Shown piece by piece: positions 31,710 to 40,800 of a stretch of 64,000 bases of DNA. Origin of the DNA: Candidatus Levyibacteriota bacterium (GTDB lineage: Bacteria > Patescibacteriota > Microgenomatia > Levybacterales > UBA12049); assembly GCA_030651475.1 (NCBI GenBank), contig JAUSEW010000027.1:173614-237613 (forward strand), in the 5' to 3' direction. Under the pieces are notes generated by a model that ran no database searches, was not told where the DNA came from, and saw only the letters and a program-made list of their open reading frames with translations. Position 1 is the first letter of the stretch, and each line of letters begins with the position of its first letter. The position numbers and the translations under genes are program-made.

Positions 31710-32408
31710 ATGATGAATGGTACTCTTTTTCTGGTTGCGACTCCTATTGGAAACCTACAAGATATTACTCTTAGAGCGATAAAAGTTTTACAAACAGTTG
31801 ATGTGATTGCCTGTGAGGATACCAGGAAAACAGGATTGCTTATGCAAAATATTCTTAAAGGAGACAGAAAGCCTCGTTTAATATCATATTACGAGCAGAA
31901 CGAATTATTGAGGATTCCGGAAATTATTAGCGCATTGAAAGATGGAATAGATATCGCGTTGGTTTCAGACGCCGGCACTCCTGCTGTTTCGGATCCGGGA
32001 TTTAAATTGATTAGAGAATGCATAAAAGAAAGAATAAGAGTCGAATCGATTCCCGGCCCATCTGCTGTAATATCGGCATTAGTTTCATCCGGTTTGCCAA
32101 CAGATAAATTTTTATTCCTTGGTTACCCTCCGAGAAAACCTGGACATAGAAAATCTTTATTTAATAATGTAAAGTCAGCATCTGCTCTTATAAAGTCAAC
32201 AATTATTTTCTTCGAAGCCCCTCATAAGATAATAAGAACCCTAGAGGAATTAAGGAAAATATTTGGAGATATAGATATTGTTATTGCTCGCGAATTAACG
32301 AAAATTCACGAAGAAATAAGGCGAGAAAAAATCTCAACTTCAATCGAACATTTTTCAAAAATAAACCCCAAAGGTGAGTTCGTAATCCTATTTAACACAG
32401 GTAACTAA
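31710..32408 (+). CDS. rsmI: 16S rRNA (C1402-2'-O)-methyltransferase
   Basis: LVATPIGNL.DIT.RA, ACEDTR, SDAGTP.VSDPG, ARELTK.HEE. Confidence 0.96.
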   Translation: MMNGTLFLVATPIGNLQDITLRAIKVLQTVDVIACEDTRKTGLLMQNILKGDRKPRLISYYEQNELLRIPEIISALKDGIDIALVSDAGTPAVSDPGFKLIRECIKERIRVESIPGPSAVISALVSSGLPTDKFLFLGYPPRKPGHRKSLFNNVKSASALIKSTIIFFEAPHKIIRTLEELRKIFGDIDIVIARELTKIHEEIRREKISTSIEHFSKINPKGEFVILFNTGN

Positions 32409-33019
32409 TCTCCGGCGTTGACGACTTTTTTTGACGATACGTCTCCTTGAGGACTTATCTCATAAAAATATATTTGATCAAAAAGAATTTCTAGATTTTT
32501 TACTTCGTCATCAGAAAGGTTTTCTAGGTATTTAACTAAAGCCCTTAGAGAATTACCGTGCGCGACGATGAGGATATTTTTGCCCTCTTTTAGCTTAGGC
32601 AAAATTTCAGCTTCATAATAGGGGACTACTCGATTGTAAACGTCTTTTAATGATTCTCCATTTTCAATTGGTACATCCCAACCTCTTCGAATATTTTGAA
32701 ATTGTTCGTCTCCTACTTCTTTTTTTATCTCCCATTTATTCTTACCTGTATAAATTCCATAGTCGCGTTCATTTAAAGCTTTATCTTCAAAGGTAGGGAC
32801 ATCTATTCCCAAAACACTTTTTACTTCATTAAGTGTTTGTTTTGCGCGTATCAATACGGATGTGAAAGCAAAATTAATAGAAAAACCTTTTAATTTTTCT
32901 CCAACAAGCCTTGCCTGTTCTTTCCCTTTTTCGCTAAGGCCTATATCCGTAAGACCGGTCCAAATGCCTTTAGCGTTCCATTCCGATTCGCCGTGTCTGA
33001 CTAGAATAAGTTGTGACAT
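32405..33019 (-). CDS. gpmA: 2,3-BPG-dependent phosphoglycerate mutase
   Basis: LVRHGESEWN, LNERDYG and AHGNSLRA all intact. Confidence 0.93.
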   Translation of the reverse strand: MSQLILVRHGESEWNAKGIWTGLTDIGLSEKGKEQARLVGEKLKGFSINFAFTSVLIRAKQTLNEVKSVLGIDVPTFEDKALNERDYGIYTGKNKWEIKKEVGDEQFQNIRRGWDVPIENGESLKDVYNRVVPYYEAEILPKLKEGKNILIVAHGNSLRALVKYLENLSDDEVKNLEILFDQIYFYEISPQGDVSSKKVVNAGD

Positions 33020-33022
33020 AAA

Positions 33023-34276
33023 TTATAAAGATTTTATATTTTTTTCAATTTGCAATAATCTATTATATTTCGCTATTCTTTCTCCTCTTGCTAAGCCTCC
33101 GAACTTAACGTAATCAGCAGAAATAGCCGTAGCAAAATCCGCAATAAAATCATCATTTGTTTCCCCTGTTCTTCCTGACACAATAAGTTTTAATCCCGAA
33201 TGTCTTGCCATTTCGGAAACAGCAAGAGCTTCGGTAACGGTTCCGATTTGACCTAATTTTATGACAATTGCCGTAGCAGATTTTTTATCCAATACCATCT
33301 GGAGCCGATAGGGATTTGTAGATATTAAATCAGATCCGGCTATAATAGCTTGGTTTGATATGTTGGTATTTATATCTGCCCAACCATCCCAGTCATCAGA
33401 AGCGAAAGGGTCTTCAAGATACAGCAAATCAAATTCTTTTTTTAGCTCTAAATAATATGAAGTGAGATCGTGGGAAGAAAAAGACATTGAGGCGTCTTTT
33501 AGTAAATATTTTCCATTATTCCAGAAAGTTGATGCTCGGGAGTTTAATCCGAAAAAAGCATCAAATCCTATTTTCTGCGTCGTTTTATCAATAGCTTCTT
33601 TGATGAGAACAAGACCATCCCTATTGGATGCTATGTTAGGACTAAATCCCCCAATGTCTGAGATAAGAGAAGATAAATTATGGGATTCCAAGACGTCTCT
33701 TAACGACTTGAAAATAGATGTACCCATCAGAAGCGATTCTTGTAGCGATTTTGAGGAGGCAGGTACGATTAAAAATTCCGAAAAATTCATTTTCCCCATA
33801 TTGCTCTTGGCAATAAGAGTGAAAATAGGGGTTGGAATTTTAAGGCCTAAATTCTCTTTTTGAATAAATTCCCTAAGATAAAGAAAAAGAGGAAGTACAG
33901 AGCTTACGGATGAAGCCTTGGCAACAGCCATTGATACCGAAAGCATTGCATTTGCACCAAGTCTGGACTTATTTTGCGTTCCGTCTAGGCCAATCATTAT
34001 TCTATCTACTTCTTGTTGTCCCGATGAATCTTTTCCAATTAGGTTAGGTTTTATCTGATCCTCTATGTTTTTTACGGCAGTTAAGACACCTAGTCCATTA
34101 AAGCGGTTTTGATCGTGATCTTTTGCCTCCGCAGCCTCATAAATACCAGTTTGGCTATCGGTTGGACTGGACGCAGTTCCCGAAGATCCGTCGTTTAAAA
34201 CCACAGTCGTTTCAACCGTAGGAATTCCCAAAGAGTTAAGTATTTCTCTTGCGATGATATCTTTAATTTTCGCCAT
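33023..34276 (-). CDS. eno: Enolase homologue with a degenerate active site
   Basis: AREIL.S.G.PTVE, LDGTQNKSRLGANA and RGERIAKYNRLL present; several catalytic residues substituted. Confidence 0.85.
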   Translation of the reverse strand: MAKIKDIIAREILNSLGIPTVETTVVLNDGSSGTASSPTDSQTGIYEAAEAKDHDQNRFNGLGVLTAVKNIEDQIKPNLIGKDSSGQQEVDRIMIGLDGTQNKSRLGANAMLSVSMAVAKASSVSSVLPLFLYLREFIQKENLGLKIPTPIFTLIAKSNMGKMNFSEFLIVPASSKSLQESLLMGTSIFKSLRDVLESHNLSSLISDIGGFSPNIASNRDGLVLIKEAIDKTTQKIGFDAFFGLNSRASTFWNNGKYLLKDASMSFSSHDLTSYYLELKKEFDLLYLEDPFASDDWDGWADINTNISNQAIIAGSDLISTNPYRLQMVLDKKSATAIVIKLGQIGTVTEALAVSEMARHSGLKLIVSGRTGETNDDFIADFATAISADYVKFGGLARGERIAKYNRLLQIEKNIKSL

Positions 34277-34282
34277 ATTATC

Positions 34283-35341
34283 CTATGCGAAACTTCCTTT
34301 ATAAACTTCTCCCAAAGAGCAATTTATTGTGATTGCAATTCCATCTCTTAGTAATTTTGTAGCTACCTTCGTATCTGTTACGACAGGCATCGAGGATAAT
34401 TTAAGATATTTATGAATTTTATTTTTTTCTATTGTCCCATCAGTTACTAAACCTTTAGTTTTTAATAAAAATGGCAACATGTCCTCGCTAATAAAGGACG
34501 CTACAGCTATATCTCCACTTTTCAAATTATATATATCTTTTAGTGCAATTACTTTCTTAACAAAACCTGTTGTTACTCCCCGGCCAAAAGAAAAACCTTT
34601 CAGTAGGGGAGAGCGAAAAACTTTTTTATTAGCATTTTTAATAAATGTCATTGGTTTTATTTTAGTAAAATAAACTTTATTTTTATAGATAGACCAATTG
34701 ATTTCTTGAGGAAAATAAAGATGTTTTTTTAGCTTCCTTCCAAGCAGAACTAACTCCATAATTTGGCTATCGCTTATAGAGTATTTTGAAAGACTAAAAT
34801 CATCGGTAAGCATTACGCCCGATATGGAATTTTCCAAAACTTTTGAGACTACAATGGAGGGATATTTCTCCGGAGAAAAAATAGAGGACCAAATTAATTT
34901 TATTTTTTCCAGAAGAGTTGATTCACCTTTTATATTTTTTAAATTCTTACCAGATAAATGTTTATCGAAATATGAAATTTCCAAATTAACAGCGCTATCT
35001 TTTAATATTCCCCCAAGCTGTCTATATGCCTTAAATATCTTTTTGCTTAAATATTTCGATATCTGTCCGGCTAAAATGTATTTTTTTATATGCGCTGCAA
35101 CATCCTTTATCGATTTTGGATCATTGTAATTAATGCTGTTTAAAAGATGTTTTATTTTTATTTCAAGATTATTATATTTTAGAAACTCTGTATATGCATT
35201 TGAAGTTATAATAAACGCAGGCGGAAACGGAAAACCTAACCTTGCGAGATCTGCCAAATAAGCTGCTTTTGTTCCGACAAGATATTCGTCTTCAGCCTTT
35301 ACGTCGTCTAACCAAACTAATACGCTTGAGAAATCTTGCAT
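34283..35341 (-). CDS. Truncated, degenerate PEP synthase/PPDK-like protein
   Basis: N-terminus W.DDV..ED..LVGTKAA.L..L...GFP.PPAF; FPQEINWS; mobile-domain-like C-terminus without the phospho-His motif. Confidence 0.75.
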   Translation of the reverse strand: MQDFSSVLVWLDDVKAEDEYLVGTKAAYLADLARLGFPFPPAFIITSNAYTEFLKYNNLEIKIKHLLNSINYNDPKSIKDVAAHIKKYILAGQISKYLSKKIFKAYRQLGGILKDSAVNLEISYFDKHLSGKNLKNIKGESTLLEKIKLIWSSIFSPEKYPSIVVSKVLENSISGVMLTDDFSLSKYSISDSQIMELVLLGRKLKKHLYFPQEINWSIYKNKVYFTKIKPMTFIKNANKKVFRSPLLKGFSFGRGVTTGFVKKVIALKDIYNLKSGDIAVASFISEDMLPFLLKTKGLVTDGTIEKNKIHKYLKLSSMPVVTDTKVATKLLRDGIAITINCSLGEVYKGSFA

Positions 35342-35383
35342 ACTATTTTATTATGGGGAGTTTTTAAAAATTTATCAAGAAGC

Positions 35384-36760
35384 CTAGGAAAAACTCTCTA
35401 TGTAATTAACGAGTTCGTTCTTTTTCTCTTCCATTGTTTTTTTATCGTAAGATTCTACGTTTAGCCTAAGAAGTGGCTCCGTGTTTGAAGTACGTAGTGA
35501 GAATCTCCAATTGGGATAGTTTATGGCAACACCGTCCAAAAGATCTAGTTTTCCATCCCCATACTTCTTTTTTGCGGCTTCGATAATGGAAGTAGCGTTG
35601 GAAACTTTAAAATTAATTTCACCAGATTCAAAACTTTTTTGTAAATCCTTTACCACTTCTGAGAATGGCTTTCCTAATTCACCCAAAACTTTTAATACGA
35701 CCAACATTATTGTTACTTGAGACTCAGCATTACCGGTTGCTTTGAAATAATAATGAGCAGAAGATTCTCCCGCAAATATAGCTCCTGTTTTCTCCATCTG
35801 TTCCGTAATAAACGCATGCCCGACTTTTGTTATCCCATATTTTCCTCCATTTTCCTCAATAACTTTTTTGGGAGTAAGGATATACCGAATGTCAAAAAGT
35901 ACTGTTGATCCCGGATATTCTTTTAGTAATTCTCTCGCGACAAGAGCTGTAATTACCGTTGGCGGTACAGCTTGCCCTTTCTCGTCAATAAAGAAAAGCC
36001 TATCTCCATCTCCATCAGGAGCAAGACCTAAATCCGCTTTCTCTTCCAAGACTCTTTTTTGCAAATCAACAAGATTTTTTGGTTGAAATGGATCCGGTTG
36101 ATGGACAGGAAATGTGCCATCCAGTTCAAAATTCATTCGTACCAAATCCGTAGGGTATTTTTCTACAAATGCATCAATATATGTTCCTCCCATCGCATTC
36201 GCAGGATCGGCTACTATTTTAAATTTTTTAATTCGCGGATTTCCTAAAATTTTAGCGGCGTTTTCGACTTCGTCTTCCAGGACATGGGTTTTTACAGCTA
36301 TTGCGCCTTTTTTATCTGTTGGCAAATCAACACCCGAAATTGCATAATTTTTAATATTCTCCATTCCGGTTTCTTTACCGATTTTGATTAATCCATTGGG
36401 GCTATACATAACAAACTTTGCCCCGTTGTATTCTTTCGGATTGTGGGAGGCAGTAATTTGAATTCCGCAATCATACTTATAATTAAATACCGCAAAATAA
36501 AACGTAGGAGTCGACATAAGACCCATATCTATAACGTTTGCGCCAAGAGATACTAAAGTTTCAATTGCAATTTTATAAAAAGCAGGGGAAGAGATACGCA
36601 TGTCTCTTGCCAGAGCTACGGTAAAATTTTCTTTATCTATTTTCGTAGTGAAAAATTTATAAATAGCCTTTATGATTTCAGATATATTTTTCTCGTTTAT
36701 TTGGTCGGGGTAGATAGCACGGATATCGTATGATTTAAAAATACTAGGATTAATATTCAT
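35384..36760 (-). CDS. Phosphomannomutase/phosphoglucomutase
   Basis: FKSYDIR, ITASHNP, PDGDGDR, GESSAH, R.SNTEP. Confidence 0.95.
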   Translation of the reverse strand: MNINPSIFKSYDIRAIYPDQINEKNISEIIKAIYKFFTTKIDKENFTVALARDMRISSPAFYKIAIETLVSLGANVIDMGLMSTPTFYFAVFNYKYDCGIQITASHNPKEYNGAKFVMYSPNGLIKIGKETGMENIKNYAISGVDLPTDKKGAIAVKTHVLEDEVENAAKILGNPRIKKFKIVADPANAMGGTYIDAFVEKYPTDLVRMNFELDGTFPVHQPDPFQPKNLVDLQKRVLEEKADLGLAPDGDGDRLFFIDEKGQAVPPTVITALVARELLKEYPGSTVLFDIRYILTPKKVIEENGGKYGITKVGHAFITEQMEKTGAIFAGESSAHYYFKATGNAESQVTIMLVVLKVLGELGKPFSEVVKDLQKSFESGEINFKVSNATSIIEAAKKKYGDGKLDLLDGVAINYPNWRFSLRTSNTEPLLRLNVESYDKKTMEEKKNELVNYIESFS

Positions 36761-36769
36761 TTTTTTATC

Positions 36770-37462
36770 TTATATTCCGAGAAGGAAAAAGTCAATGGAT
36801 TGGATAAGCGATAGTGACGAGCTTCCTGTTTTTTGAGCAAGGTCTATATAATAAAGTTTCTGGTATATACTTTTCAATTGTTCTTTGGAAAAATAACTTG
36901 CCTGCTTTTTCAATTTACCTTCTTGCCAGGGTGCCAAACGCGATAGTTCCTCTATGGGAGTTTTTGCTTTACTTGATACTGCTATTAAAAATCTAAATTG
37001 TCGGACTAACATAAAAAGTAGAATTTCCGGTTCAGAAGCCTGCAGTGCCTGATGGAATAAATCAATAGCTCTTACGCCGATATTGGGTTTTAATGAATCT
37101 AGGAATAAGAAAATTGCTTGAGGAATCTTGAAAGTTTTTACAAGCGCATTTTTAAATAATGATAGTGTCCTTTTGGAAATTTCTTTTCTCTCCCAAAAAA
37201 ATAATTTCGCATCTTCTTCATGCTTACTTACGAACGCTATGATTTCTTTGGCGTTAACATCAAGTTTTCCAGCTTTGGATAAAAAGTTTTCAATAAATAT
37301 AGTTTTTGTGTCGTTAAAAAGCGCAGACCCTTCTATGTTTTGGGCAAAATCAGATAAAGCTGCTTCCGCTTCCAAAGCAACAAATTCTTTGATATTTTCT
37401 TTTTGCTCCTGAAGATATTTTCTGGATGCCACAATGTCATCTCCGTGAATGATGGTAATCAT
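36770..37462 (-). CDS. holA: DNA polymerase III delta subunit (short form)
   Basis: IIHGDD..SR start, LF motif, ML.RQFR.L, C-terminal D...KTG. Confidence 0.75.
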   Translation of the reverse strand: MITIIHGDDIVASRKYLQEQKENIKEFVALEAEAALSDFAQNIEGSALFNDTKTIFIENFLSKAGKLDVNAKEIIAFVSKHEEDAKLFFWERKEISKRTLSLFKNALVKTFKIPQAIFLFLDSLKPNIGVRAIDLFHQALQASEPEILLFMLVRQFRFLIAVSSKAKTPIEELSRLAPWQEGKLKKQASYFSKEQLKSIYQKLYYIDLAQKTGSSSLSLIQSIDFFLLGI

Positions 37463-37833
37463 ATTTTGCTCTTGTATTCTTCAAATAATTTGTTTACGAG
37501 CGAACCGATGTGCCGGCTTCTATTTCTGTGCGGGAGAAGCGCGCCTGAAAAGTTTTTTGGAATATGTAATAGTTCATGGATTAACACTTTTTTCTTTTCG
37601 TCATCGCTAAGTTTATCAAAATGACTAGACAAAACCTCAATTACGTATGCCGGTTTTATATTTAGGACTGTTTGGAAAATTTTAGGGAACGACCAAATTC
37701 TGGCATACGATCTTGATTTGGAACCATTTGTTCTGTAGCAAAATATTCTGGAGCAATTAACATGGGGGAAATCCAAAACGCTGATTAAAGCTTTGATTAA
37801 TTTTCGTACATCTTTTGCCTCCATCCACTCCAT
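37459..37833 (-). CDS. Putative (phage-type) metallopeptidase
   Basis: YVIEV.S..FDKL....KVLIHELLHIP (HExxH). Confidence 0.75.
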   Translation of the reverse strand: MEWMEAKDVRKLIKALISVLDFPHVNCSRIFCYRTNGSKSRSYARIWSFPKIFQTVLNIKPAYVIEVLSSHFDKLSDDEKKKVLIHELLHIPKNFSGALLPHRNRSRHIGSLVNKLFEEYKSKI

Positions 37834-37837
37834 ATTT

Positions 37838-38353
37838 TTATGTATGTTTGTCTGCAACGTATGATGCTCCGTAAGCTTCCGGTTTGGTCTTGGCAACGAA
37901 TCCATTTCCCGTTACCATTCCTACCACTTCTTTTATCATATCACGGGTATCTCCGTGTTCTCCAACATCAATATGAATCTCAAGATTATAACGCGGAGAG
38001 TGTCCATTTAGACTTTTTTTAAGAAGCGGAACAAAACCCGTCGCAAATGTAAGAGAACTCATTGTTTCGGCGTAAATTTTTTCTCTTAAACTATGTATGT
38101 CCGACATCTCATTGCTTTTCCAAAAATATTTCCCTCCGAATCCTTGGCGATGTACCAAAACCGCAGTTACAAGATTAATATGAGTTCTGGTTTTTCCAAA
38201 CCCGTTTTTCTCTCTCGAATCCGTTCCAATAACGAGACTGTACGTCGCATTCGGCTCTTCCTCAAGAAATGTCTTTATTATTTTTATTACCTCTTCTGTC
38301 TCCAAAACTCCGTGAGTAAAACTTTGCAATAAATTCTCTGAAGGTTTATCCAT
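37838..38353 (-). CDS. RNase H-like YkuK (DUF458) family protein
   Basis: IGTDS, LREKIYAET..S, EIHIDVG, KPEAYGASYVADKHT. Confidence 0.88.
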   Translation of the reverse strand: MDKPSENLLQSFTHGVLETEEVIKIIKTFLEEEPNATYSLVIGTDSREKNGFGKTRTHINLVTAVLVHRQGFGGKYFWKSNEMSDIHSLREKIYAETMSSLTFATGFVPLLKKSLNGHSPRYNLEIHIDVGEHGDTRDMIKEVVGMVTGNGFVAKTKPEAYGASYVADKHT

Positions 38354-38383
38354 ATATTATTTGGGGATATAATTATATCACAA

Positions 38384-39547
38384 TCAATTTCTAAAAAGCC
38401 ACTTCATGAAAGATTTAATTATATTAAGCTCCGACGCGTATATCGTAGATACGTTACTTGAATCTTCGTGTAAAAATCTTTTTTTTGTCAGATTTTCTTC
38501 TTGGAGATTTTGATTATCTTGAACCAGTAATTTTCCCGGTAATGCCGGTTGTCCTTTATTTTTAGGAATCGCCTGGAAAGATTTATATTCTTCGTTGGGA
38601 TTATTATTTTTATCCAAAAAGGAAAATTGTAAAAATGGTTCAGCTTGAGCGCTAAACAAAAACGGTGTAACTGCTACTATACCATTATCTGACCAAACAT
38701 TGGTAAATGCATCCTTGTAAAAAGAAGCGGATACGTTATCCGAGATTTTGTTTTTGGACCAACCTGTTTCCGTAATAAATACCGGCAGAATTCTTCCCGA
38801 CAGACCATAAATCATATCCCTTTCATATCTAAAACTCGCTACGCCTGTAAGACTGTTACTCCTGGGACTTTGGCTAAATCCGGGGTTAGGATAAGCGTGA
38901 CTGGCGAATCCATCTATAGCGCTGAATATATTAGGATTTTCATCAGACATTCTTTTCAAAAACGTGTATTCGTTTATGCTTTCTTTGGAATTTTGGGCAG
39001 CATTATCAAGTCCTGCGGAGATAATAAAAAAATCCTGATTTCTTGATTTGAATGCAGATGCGGCAAAGTCAAGTATTTGGGCGTACTCTTGCGGACTTGA
39101 ACTGCCGCCCCATTCGTCGTTTCTGTTAGGTTCGTTAAATACGACAATATATCTATTTTTGATTGGCCAGTCCAAAGAGTTAAGAAAGTTTGCAAAATCA
39201 ACTACATCTTCCTCTGTAGGCTTTTGCCAAAATTTTGTTTGAAAATAGTCCCCGGCAGTAGCAAGACGTATTATTGGGATAAGATGCAAGCTAGCTGCTT
39301 TATCCATAAATTTCTGCCACTTCTCTAAATCTCTATCTCCCGCCTGAATGGGAATAGTCACATAGCCCCAATCTCCGCCTGTTGAATTAACAAGTCGTGA
39401 CGCATCGTCAATTTCGGAAGGGAACAAGATATGAATTCCAAATTTATTATTTTGACTTGCAAGAGGATCAACTACCGCATCTGCCACATTAACATTCAAA
39501 ACGGTTATTGTAATGGCTAAAATAGCAGCTAAAATTAATTTTTTCAT
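38384..39547 (-). CDS. Secreted clan GH-A glycoside hydrolase-like protein
   Basis: Signal peptide; acid/base NEPN; HAYP; nucleophile ITETGW. Confidence 0.78.
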   Translation of the reverse strand: MKKLILAAILAITITVLNVNVADAVVDPLASQNNKFGIHILFPSEIDDASRLVNSTGGDWGYVTIPIQAGDRDLEKWQKFMDKAASLHLIPIIRLATAGDYFQTKFWQKPTEEDVVDFANFLNSLDWPIKNRYIVVFNEPNRNDEWGGSSSPQEYAQILDFAASAFKSRNQDFFIISAGLDNAAQNSKESINEYTFLKRMSDENPNIFSAIDGFASHAYPNPGFSQSPRSNSLTGVASFRYERDMIYGLSGRILPVFITETGWSKNKISDNVSASFYKDAFTNVWSDNGIVAVTPFLFSAQAEPFLQFSFLDKNNNPNEEYKSFQAIPKNKGQPALPGKLLVQDNQNLQEENLTKKRFLHEDSSNVSTIYASELNIIKSFMKWLFRN

Positions 39548-39582
39548 GCAGTATATTATACACCCAAAAAGCCAGCAGAAAT

Positions 39583-40761
39583 CTAAATTATGAAGCCCAA
39601 GATGAGAAGAATTTTTCTTAAAGAATGTTTTGATATATTTTTGCGTTTTTCAAAAATCAAAGAAAGAACGGCAGGAGTATTCATATCATTATTCATTAAG
39701 TTTATGAATTTAGTCATATAAGCTTTATCAATCTTCGGATCCTTATTCGAATTTTCTTTTACTATATTCTCAATTATTGTCCAGCTTTTTTCAGCCAAAA
39801 TTATATCATTTTCATAAAATTCCCAAGGCTTCCTGTAATGATGAGAAAGGAGCATCCATTTTATTGCGTTTGAAGAATATTTACGTAAAAGATTAGATAC
39901 CATTACGAGATTACCTAGAGATTTGGACATTTTCTTTCCACGATACGACACGAAAGAAGTATGTGCCCAATATTTGGCAAAAGGTATTTTGTGGCTTGCT
40001 CCTTCCGATTGAGCAATTTCACTTTCATGATGAGGATAAATTAGGTCAATTCCCCCTCCATGAATGTCGATTTGATCGCCTAGTGAAAACATGGACATTG
40101 CAGAACATTCTATGTGCCAACCCGGTCTTCCCGGACCAAAAGGGCTTTCGAAGGAGGGGATATGTTTGGATTGACCTGAAGAGATCGCTCTCCATAATGT
40201 AATATCCAGAGGATGTCTCTTATCGAGATTTTCTATATCTTCGTCGAACTCTTTAGCCAATTTCATCATCTGTAAAGCATTTAATTTGGATAGTTTTCCA
40301 AAATCTTTCTTCTTTGAAATATCAAAATAAACGTTCCCGTTTTTCTTGTAAGCAAAACCATTATCTAATAATTTTTGGATTAAATTTATCATTGAAGGAA
40401 TATTCTCGGAAGCTTTAATATAATTTGTTGGCATAATCCAATTAAGGCTCTTCATGTCGTCCAAAAAACGTTTGGTCCAGAAATCTGCTAATTTTTGCCA
40501 AGGAATATTTTGTTCTTTTGCACGCTCAAGGATATCTTTATCTCTATCATTGATATCGGTTACGTTTTGCGTATACGTAACTTTATGTCCTTTAAACGTT
40601 AGATATCTTACGAGGACGTCGTAAGAAATATATGCAAAAGCATGACCAAGATGAGTTGTGTCGTATGGGGTAATACCGCAGACGTAAATTTTGACCTCTT
40701 TATTTTTCAGCGGAGAAAATATCTCTTTTTTTCTTGAAAGCGAATTGTATATTTTGAGCAT
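39583..40761 (-). CDS. Short cysteinyl-tRNA synthetase / MshC-like ligase
   Basis: YVCGITPYDTTHLGH, GRPGWHIECSAM, PHHESE, KMSKSLGN; only 392 aa. Confidence 0.85.
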   Translation of the reverse strand: MLKIYNSLSRKKEIFSPLKNKEVKIYVCGITPYDTTHLGHAFAYISYDVLVRYLTFKGHKVTYTQNVTDINDRDKDILERAKEQNIPWQKLADFWTKRFLDDMKSLNWIMPTNYIKASENIPSMINLIQKLLDNGFAYKKNGNVYFDISKKKDFGKLSKLNALQMMKLAKEFDEDIENLDKRHPLDITLWRAISSGQSKHIPSFESPFGPGRPGWHIECSAMSMFSLGDQIDIHGGGIDLIYPHHESEIAQSEGASHKIPFAKYWAHTSFVSYRGKKMSKSLGNLVMVSNLLRKYSSNAIKWMLLSHHYRKPWEFYENDIILAEKSWTIIENIVKENSNKDPKIDKAYMTKFINLMNNDMNTPAVLSLIFEKRKNISKHSLRKILLILGFII

Positions 40762-40800
40762 AAAATTTATTTTACCATATTGATGTATAATTAATTTGAA

